From: Candidatus Nanopusillus sp.
Lineage (GTDB): Archaea > Nanobdellota > Nanobdellia > Nanobdellales > Nanobdellaceae
DNA: 32,000 nt
Assembly (NCBI GenBank): GCA_028275885.1
Contig: JAPWTW010000003.1
Coordinates: forward strand, 47,133 to 79,132
Direction of reading: 5' to 3'
Part shown: piece after piece, positions 26,597-32,000 of the stretch
How positions within the stretch are numbered: position 1 is the first letter of the stretch
How the letters are laid out: every line of letters starts with the position of its first letter
Translations under genes and position numbers: made by a program
The notes under the pieces: model-generated
What the model saw: only the letters and a program-made list of their open reading frames with translations
Databases searched by the model: none
Told to the model about the DNA's origin: nothing

Positions 26597-26884
26597 TTAT
26601 TTCTTAACAAGTACAATTTCAATACTTGATATCCTTCTCTTTTTACCACTTTGATCTACCTGCCTTTCTTCTGAATCTATACTTATACTTTTTATATCAA
26701 CCTGTCCTGCCATAAATTTCTTCCTTATTACTTCTGCTACATCTACTGCTCTAGATATATATCTTCCTCTTGCTTTAATTACAACTTCTTTTGCATCTTG
26801 GCTTGTAAATTGCATTGCTACTGCTGTTACATAGTTCATAAATGGTTTATTTCCTATATATATTATTGCTTGCTCCGCCATCAT
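26597..26884 (-). CDS. albA: Chromatin/RNA-binding protein Alba (Sso10b family)
   Basis: 95 aa with IYIGNKPFMNYVTAVAMQF...VVIKARGRYISRAVDVAEVIRKKF...ISSIEIVL. Confidence 0.92.
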   Translation of the reverse strand: MMAEQAIIYIGNKPFMNYVTAVAMQFTSQDAKEVVIKARGRYISRAVDVAEVIRKKFMAGQVDIKSISIDSEERQVDQSGKKRRISSIEIVLVKK

Positions 26885-27075
26885 GAGCTCTGTAATTTTT
26901 TAATTTGCCTTGTTATATATCCAGCCAACATATTTCTTAATCTTTTTGATGGAATTTCAGCCACAGCTTCCAATATTTTTACATTTTTCTTATAATCTGT
27001 AGTAAATAAATTCAAATATTTTTCTAATATTTTATTAGCTTCCCTTCTAAATTTACCATGAAGTATTCTACCCAT
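26881..27075 (-). CDS. rps17e: 30S ribosomal protein S17e (eS17)
   Basis: 64 aa with MGRILHGKFRREANKILEKYLNLFTTDYKKN...SKRLRNMLAGYITR. It has an ATGA overlap with albA. Confidence 0.85.
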   Translation of the reverse strand: MGRILHGKFRREANKILEKYLNLFTTDYKKNVKILEAVAEIPSKRLRNMLAGYITRQIKKLQSS

Positions 27076-27127
27076 AATTTTTTATTATAAAAATTAAATT
27101 TATAAAAAGATAGTAAACTATAATAAA

Positions 27128-27643
27128 ATGAAAGCTGGAAAACAACCTCCAGAGGATATAAATGTATTAATAGAAATACCAAAGGGTAGCAATGTAAAAT
27201 ATGAATTTGATGAAGAAGAAAAAGTAATAAAAGTAGACAGAATATTATATACCGCAATGTTTTATCCATTTAATTATGGATTTATACCAGAAACTTTAGA
27301 AGAAGATGGGGATCCATTGGACGCTTTAGTTATTACATATGAATCATTTATTCCTGGAGTATTAATAAGGGTAAGACCAATTGGTGTATTAATAACAGAA
27401 GATGAGGAAGGAATTGATAGAAAAATAATTGCAGTACCACATGAAAAAATAGATCCAAGATTTTCAAATATAAAGGATATAAAAGATTTACCAGAATCAA
27501 TATTAAATCAAATAAAACATTTTTATGAACATTATAAAGAATTAGAACCTGGAAAATTTGTTAAAGTTAAAGAATTTAAAGGAAAGGATGATGCATTAAA
27601 GATAATTAATGAGGCAATAGATAGATTTAAAAATAAGAAATAG
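27128..27643 (+). CDS. ppa: Inorganic pyrophosphatase (family I)
   Basis: 171 aa with [48 protein letters not shown] and the [12 protein letters not shown] motifs. Confidence 0.92.
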   Translation: MKAGKQPPEDINVLIEIPKGSNVKYEFDEEEKVIKVDRILYTAMFYPFNYGFIPETLEEDGDPLDALVITYESFIPGVLIRVRPIGVLITEDEEGIDRKIIAVPHEKIDPRFSNIKDIKDLPESILNQIKHFYEHYKELEPGKFVKVKEFKGKDDALKIINEAIDRFKNKK

Positions 27644-27656
27644 TAAATATTTTTTA

Positions 27657-27705
27657 GTGAAGAAGCATTACGCTTCTGAAAGATGATGAAAATATATTTT
27701 TCTGA
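27657..27705 (+). ncRNA. C/D box sRNA filling the ppa-methyltransferase spacer
   Basis: C box GUGAAGA (27657-63, one deviation from RUGAUGA), 12-nt guide AGCAUUACGCUU, D' CUGA (27676-79), 3-nt spacer, C' AUGAUGA (27683-89), 12-nt guide AAAUAUAUUUUU, D CUGA (27702-05). The final A of the D box is the A of the downstream ATG. Confidence 0.7.
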
Positions 27706-28775
27706 TGATAATTAAGAAGAGTTTTGAAGAACATTTTAAAGAATTATTAGGAGATAAGTATGAATTATTTTTAGAATGGTCTTTTAAATTATTAAAAAAA
27801 TCTATAAGGATAAATACAATAAAAGTAAAGGATAATATAAATTTTGAAAACTTAAAAGAAATATTATTATCAAAACAAGATCATTTAAGAGAAAAAGAAT
27901 TAAAAGAAATATCTGAAAAAATTGATAATTTATATAATTTAAAACAAAATCCTTTTAATTTAAATATAAATGCAAAAGAAGTATTATCAAGGTTAAAAGA
28001 ATATGGATGGGAAATTGAAAGAATACCTTTCTATAAATATGGATTTTGGATAAAAGGAGAAAGAAGGGATATTGGAAATACTGTAGAATTTCAATTGGGA
28101 TACTATTATCCACAAGAAGCTGCATCAATGATACCACCTTTAGCATTAGATTTAAAAAAAGATGATCTAGTTTTGGATATGGCAGCTGCACCTGGTTCTA
28201 AAACAACACAAATTGCAATGCATATGGAAAATGAAGGATTAATAATTGCAAATGATATATCAATTGACAGAATTAAAGCTTTAAGTGAAAATTTACAAAA
28301 GATGGGTGTAATAAATACAATTATAACAATGATTGATGGAAGAAAATTATATAAATTAAATTTAAAATTTGATAAAATTTTATTAGATGCTCCATGTTCT
28401 GGAACTGGTGCAATAAGGAAATCATATAAAACATTAAAGATATGGAATGAAAATACAATAAATAGATTAGCAAATTTACAAAAGCAATTAATATTAACTG
28501 GTTTTGATTTATTAAAAGATAATGGAATTTTAGTTTATTCTACATGTTCTGTTGAACCATTAGAAAATGAATTTGTAATAGATTATTTATTATCTAAAAG
28601 AGAAAATGCTAAAGTTGAAAAAATAGAAATACCAAATTTAAAGAGATCTGAGATAATTTCCGAATATAATGGATATAAATTAGAACATGAAGAAGAAATA
28701 AAAAATACAATAAGATTATGGCCTTGGGATAATGATACGGAAGGTTTTTATATTGCTAAGATAAGAAAAATATAA
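27705..28775 (+). CDS. RNA cytosine-C5 methyltransferase, NOL1/NOP2/Sun (RsmB/Trm4) family
   Basis: 356 aa with the SAM motif DMAAAPGSKTTQIA and catalytic motifs DAPCSGTG and VYSTCS. Confidence 0.85.
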   Translation: MIIKKSFEEHFKELLGDKYELFLEWSFKLLKKSIRINTIKVKDNINFENLKEILLSKQDHLREKELKEISEKIDNLYNLKQNPFNLNINAKEVLSRLKEYGWEIERIPFYKYGFWIKGERRDIGNTVEFQLGYYYPQEAASMIPPLALDLKKDDLVLDMAAAPGSKTTQIAMHMENEGLIIANDISIDRIKALSENLQKMGVINTIITMIDGRKLYKLNLKFDKILLDAPCSGTGAIRKSYKTLKIWNENTINRLANLQKQLILTGFDLLKDNGILVYSTCSVEPLENEFVIDYLLSKRENAKVEKIEIPNLKRSEIISEYNGYKLEHEEEIKNTIRLWPWDNDTEGFYIAKIRKI

Positions 28776-28782
28776 TTTTAAA

Positions 28783-28857
28783 TGCCCCCGAGGGGATTCG
28801 AACCCCCGATCTCCAGGACCGAAGCCCGGAATGTTGTCCTGGCTACACTACGGGGGC
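28783..28857 (-). tRNA. tRNA-Arg (anticodon UCG)
   Basis: The reverse complement GCCCCCGTAGTGTAGCCAGGACAACATTCCGGGCTTCGGTCCTGGAGATCGGGGGTTCGAATCCCCTCGGGGGCA is a 75-nt cloverleaf with anticodon loop CTTCGGT. Its 5' 15 nt are overlapped by the 3' end of the upstream same-strand CDS. Confidence 0.88.
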
Positions 28858-30369
28858 TTTATTATATATTATTTCTTGATATGAATTAAAATATTCATCA
28901 AAATATTGATCGAATGTATAATTTATATTATATTTTTTTGCTATTTTATTATATATATCTATCAATCTCTTTGGATAATTTTTACCTGGAATTGAATTAG
29001 TCAATTTATGATATTCAAATATCTTAGAAAATCTTTTTTCTCTTTTTACATTTAATCCAATATTTTCATTATTATCTACATTATTTATTTCATATGTTGA
29101 TTCAAATTTCCCAAAATTAAATCCTGAATATTCAACTGGATTCATTGCATTCATTAAATAATCTGAAAAATATTTATCATATATTAAATTTGGTAAAAAC
29201 AGTCCCAAAGAAATATATGGATTAAATACTGCAGAACTTTTATTATTAAATGGAATATAAACTGAAATATCATTTAGATCAAATAAATTAGAAATATATC
29301 TTATATCTTTCCCCAATAATGATAATTCCCCATATGCATCTTTTTCTATTAAATATTTTGCAATATTATAATTTACTTCTGAAGATTTATCTAAATTGTC
29401 AAAATCAAATAATGATTTATTTAAATCTTTAATTGATACTTTTCCAATATACAGTCCTTCTAGAATTGTTCCTAAAATATATCCTAAATATAATGTATCT
29501 AAACCATATCTATTTGATAAATCAATTAGATCTTTTATATATTCTTCATTTAATATTCCTAAAAAAGGTCCTAACATATTAAAAGGTTCGTATGGATATT
29601 CTTTCCTTAAATTATTAACTAAAGGATAAATATAATCATCAAATATTTTCTTATTTTCTTCATCAGATAGATAAATATTTTTATAATTTAAAATTGGAAT
29701 TTTATCTGGTATAGATTGATAAAAATCCCTTATTGATTCTTTTCCCCCTTCTATTAATTCTATATCTAATCTTTTATTTTCAATTTTATTATCTCCACCA
29801 ATTGATAAACCAGATATATTATGATATCTATATAATACAGATCCAATTCCACCTTTTGTAACCTTTATTTTATTATTTTCAAATATAATTAAATTCCCAT
29901 ATATTGTAAATTTTGATCCCAACCCATTTAATAAAATAATAAAATCTTTTCCACCATATATATCTTTTAAAGTATTGTATAATTCTTCTTTTCTTTTATA
30001 TATGTCTTCAGATATATCATTTTCCAAAAATATGACATTATCATTTTCTATGATTAAAAAATATTTTTTATCTAATTTTCCATATAAAACTATTATATCG
30101 TTACCTGTTAATTTAATATACTTACCAAAGGAAGATAAATTAATATCTAAAGAACCTGTTATTGGAGACTTGTAAATAATTAGTGAATTTATATTATCTT
30201 TATTTTTTTGATGCCCAACAGAAAATATTGTCAAATTATTTTCAAATGAATCTTTTTCATATGTTTTATAATCAAAGTGCAAATCAATTGAATGATTTAA
30301 TGTTTTTGAATCAGTTATATAATTTTTTGATTCTTTTTTATATAAATCTATAAACAATACTCTAATCAT
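28843..30369 (-). CDS. Degenerate aldehyde:ferredoxin oxidoreductase (AOR)-family homolog lacking all cysteines
   Basis: 508 aa. The AOR N-domain pattern is present (IIYKSPITGSLDINLSSFGKYIKLTGNDIIVLYGKLDKKYFLIIENDNVIFLENDIS; KGGIGSVLYRYHNISGLSIGG). The central helix motif is also present (LGPFLGILNEEYIKDLIDLSNRYGLDTLYLGYILGTILE). The protein has zero Cys, so the 4Fe-4S ligand cysteines are absent. Confidence 0.6.
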   Translation of the reverse strand: MIRVLFIDLYKKESKNYITDSKTLNHSIDLHFDYKTYEKDSFENNLTIFSVGHQKNKDNINSLIIYKSPITGSLDINLSSFGKYIKLTGNDIIVLYGKLDKKYFLIIENDNVIFLENDISEDIYKRKEELYNTLKDIYGGKDFIILLNGLGSKFTIYGNLIIFENNKIKVTKGGIGSVLYRYHNISGLSIGGDNKIENKRLDIELIEGGKESIRDFYQSIPDKIPILNYKNIYLSDEENKKIFDDYIYPLVNNLRKEYPYEPFNMLGPFLGILNEEYIKDLIDLSNRYGLDTLYLGYILGTILEGLYIGKVSIKDLNKSLFDFDNLDKSSEVNYNIAKYLIEKDAYGELSLLGKDIRYISNLFDLNDISVYIPFNNKSSAVFNPYISLGLFLPNLIYDKYFSDYLMNAMNPVEYSGFNFGKFESTYEINNVDNNENIGLNVKREKRFSKIFEYHKLTNSIPGKNYPKRLIDIYNKIAKKYNINYTFDQYFDEYFNSYQEIIYNKAPVV

Positions 30370-30405
30370 ATAAGATAAATAATTCTTTAAACTATATTAA
30401 ATTAT

Positions 30406-30488
30406 GGACCCGTGCCCGAGCGGCCAAAGGGGGTCGGTTCAGGTCCGATTGGAGAGATCCTTCCGGGGTTCGAATCCCCGCGGGTCCA
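30406..30488 (+). tRNA. tRNA-Leu (anticodon CAG), class II
   Basis: GGACCCGTGCCCGAGCGGCCAAAGGGGGTCGGTTCAGGTCCGATTGGAGAGATCCTTCCGGGGTTCGAATCCCCGCGGGTCCA. Acceptor is GGACCCG/CGGGTCC, anticodon stem GTCGG/CCGAT and loop TTCAGGT. It has a long variable arm (GGA-GAGA-TCC). Confidence 0.88.
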
Positions 30489-30607
30489 TTAATATTCAAT
30501 TTTATCTTACCAATATTAGTCCCAAACCCTATATAGAAAATATTGGATAGAAATTTAATTTAAAGTTGGATATAACCTATAACTAAATTATAAAAATAAA
30601 AATATAA

Positions 30608-31201
30608 TTATTTATTCAATTTACTTTCTTTTAATTTATTTAAGAATTCTGCAAATTTTTTAGCAGATTCTTCTAATAATCCTTCTTCATTATTTATTAC
30701 TTCTACTATTGTACTATATTCAAACATAAGTATTGTAGTAAAATATATTGTCAAATTTTGTTGAATTTCTATTCTTTTTAAATTTTCTATATCCCTTCCT
30801 CTTATTTGTATATCTCTTAATCTTCTAACAAAAATTTTATCAGGATCTGATATTATTACTGCAATTCCGTCTGGTCTTAAAATTTCTGCATATTCTCTTA
30901 ACATACCTGGAATATATCCTTCATATGATTCTATTACTAAATGTGTATCTAAAATTACATCACTCTCTTTTTCCATTTCTTTTATTCTTTTAATTGCTTC
31001 TCTTTGTATTTCTCTTTGTTGTTCAAAGGTTAATTTCTTTCTTATTTCATCTCTGTTATTTATATTATACTTCTCTTTTGCCAATTCAAACATAATATCT
31101 CCCGTATTTACAACTTTAAATTCATACTTTAAGTATTTTTTAGCTTCATTAATTACTGAAGTTTTTCCAACACCAGGTACTCCTACAACAATTACTATCA
31201 T
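30608..31201 (-). CDS. adkA: Archaeal-type adenylate kinase
   Basis: 197 aa with P-loop GVPGVGKTS and the NTGDIMFELA...RDEIRKL, DTHLVIESYEGYIPGM and RRLRD..RGRD patterns typical of AdkA. Confidence 0.85.
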   Translation of the reverse strand: MIVIVVGVPGVGKTSVINEAKKYLKYEFKVVNTGDIMFELAKEKYNINNRDEIRKKLTFEQQREIQREAIKRIKEMEKESDVILDTHLVIESYEGYIPGMLREYAEILRPDGIAVIISDPDKIFVRRLRDIQIRGRDIENLKRIEIQQNLTIYFTTILMFEYSTIVEVINNEEGLLEESAKKFAEFLNKLKESKLNK

Positions 31202-31348
31202 AAACTAAATAGATATTATGAAAAATAAAAGATTTATTGATGAAGATTTTTATTTTGCCGTATAAAAAATAAAGAACATTATAATAATTATTAATTCAAC
31301 TTCATAAAGTGATATTTTTTATTTTTGTTAATAGATATTATTAAAGAT

Positions 31349-32000
31349 TTAGCCAATATAAATTGAAGGCATTACACCATTTGGAGGATATGCTCTAGCT
31401 ACTACCCATTGTATATATTGATATGAAGTATCATAACCAGTTCCTGCACTTATTTGTAATGTACTATATTGGAAAGGATTATAATTTAAATTATAATATG
31501 TATAATTTCCGTAATTTGGATTATATGATAAATGATACATATTTAATAATGTTAATGGAACCCATACTTGATTAGAATTATAAATATAATATCCTGTTTG
31601 TGCATAAGATGAATTAACAATTAGATATGAATAAACTGTTCCTCCATTTGGTGGGAAATATGTATAATTTAAATATTGATAAGTTACTGCAGATTTTAAC
31701 ATTACTGCTTGAGAATAGGGTGGATAAGTACCATTCCAATATCCAAATTGTACAAATGTAGATAAATTAGATGCAGGTGTATTACCACCACAAGTAGTAT
31801 AACTTCCTCCCGTTACATTTGTTCCACCACATATATTCTTACTATTAACGATTGGTGTGGCAATTCCATAAGCATGGAACTGTTGACTTGTATCTCCAAA
31901 TAATGCTATTGCATTTGTATCTGAACCATAAGTATAATACCAAGCCTCTTCAACAATCAGAGGTATTAAAGGTATATTCCAATTGTTTGGAGATAAAATA
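31349..32000 (-). CDS. Secreted Y/N/G/T-rich protein, 5'-truncated by the window edge; C-terminal RAYPPNGVMPS motif
   Basis: The track lists only 31349..31702. My manual translation shows the same frame stays open from 31703 to the window end (...AYGIATPIVNSKNICGGTNVTGGSYTTCGGNTPASNLSTFVQFGYWNGTYPPYSQAV-MLKSAV...). The gene therefore begins beyond position 32000. Confidence 0.55.
   Translation of the reverse strand, partial: ILSPNNWNIPLIPLIVEEAWYYTYGSDTNAIALFGDTSQQFHAYGIATPIVNSKNICGGTNVTGGSYTTCGGNTPASNLSTFVQFGYWNGTYPPYSQAVMLKSAVTYQYLNYTYFPPNGGTVYSYLIVNSSYAQTGYYIYNSNQVWVPLTLLNMYHLSYNPNYGNYTYYNLNYNPFQYSTLQISAGTGYDTSYQYIQWVVARAYPPNGVMPSIYIG

Noticed and set aside
773-30175. Antisense or shadow ORFs in the track. 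On the + strand: 773-1033, 4162-4440, 4388-4588, 5935-6132, 10009-10230, 12669-13037, 15666-16061, 16409-16594, 17565-17957, 19769-19978, 25036-25302, 25327-25524, 25867-26241, 26798-26995, 29396-29629 and 29975-30175. On the - strand: 7182-7373, 7669-8019, 14397-14597, 22631-22831, 24003-24209, 27024-27269 and 27955-28191.
   Set aside because: Each lies within, or largely within, a longer ORF, mostly on the opposite strand (14397-14597 is an alternative frame on the same strand as its host ORF), that has recognisable family motifs or fills the locus coherently. Their translations are low-complexity L/I/F/S/Y strings typical of the complement of AT-rich coding sequence. None has a motif or a free-standing promoter region.
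31231-31262. UGAUGA string in the adkA upstream spacer as a possible C box.
   Set aside because: No CUGA D or D' box follows at any plausible distance on that strand.
1-32000. Searched for split tRNA halves, intron-containing tRNAs, and additional GC-rich islands that could be structured RNAs.
   Set aside because: All five GC-rich islands fold as complete, contiguous tRNAs with 7-nt anticodon loops. I saw no orphan GC-rich half-molecules or bulge-helix-bulge inserts.

Overview
Very AT-rich, extremely gene-dense archaeal chromosomal segment with about 38 protein genes, 5 tRNAs and 2 C/D box sRNAs. Most spacers are under 60 nt, and there are several 4-nt ATGA start/stop overlaps plus convergent genes that abut or overlap. 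Content is mostly information-processing housekeeping. Recognised genes are SufB, TmcA, the helicase half of reverse gyrase, a GINS51-like protein, L44e, a PAC2 chaperone, Nop10 (absent from the ORF track), aIF2-alpha, Pelota, family B DNA polymerase and RtcB. Also present are a TtuA/NcsA-type PP-loop thiolase, RpoN, a YchF-like GTPase, Alba, S17e, inorganic pyrophosphatase, a Nop2/Sun m5C methyltransferase and archaeal adenylate kinase. Accessory-looking content comprises an archaellin and a second class III signal-peptide protein, a FlaK/PibD-like prepilin peptidase, a three-gene cluster of N/S/Y-rich surface proteins, and two coiled-coil proteins coupled to polB. It also includes an ExeA-like AAA ATPase with a wHTH tail, a cysteine-free aldehyde:ferredoxin oxidoreductase (AOR) homolog, and a 5'-truncated secreted protein at the right edge. 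The tRNAs are GC-rich islands in AT-rich DNA. Together with the reverse gyrase gene that stops after its helicase module, this points to a hyperthermophilic, genome-reduced archaeon of the Nanoarchaeota/DPANN type; that lineage call is inference, not a database result. I saw no rRNA, CRISPR array, transposase or integrase. The best leads are the split reverse gyrase, the degenerate AOR-like protein whose stop codon lies inside a tRNA gene, a helically phased GTTAA array in the longest intergenic spacer, and a C/D box sRNA whose D box overlaps the start codon of an RNA methyltransferase.
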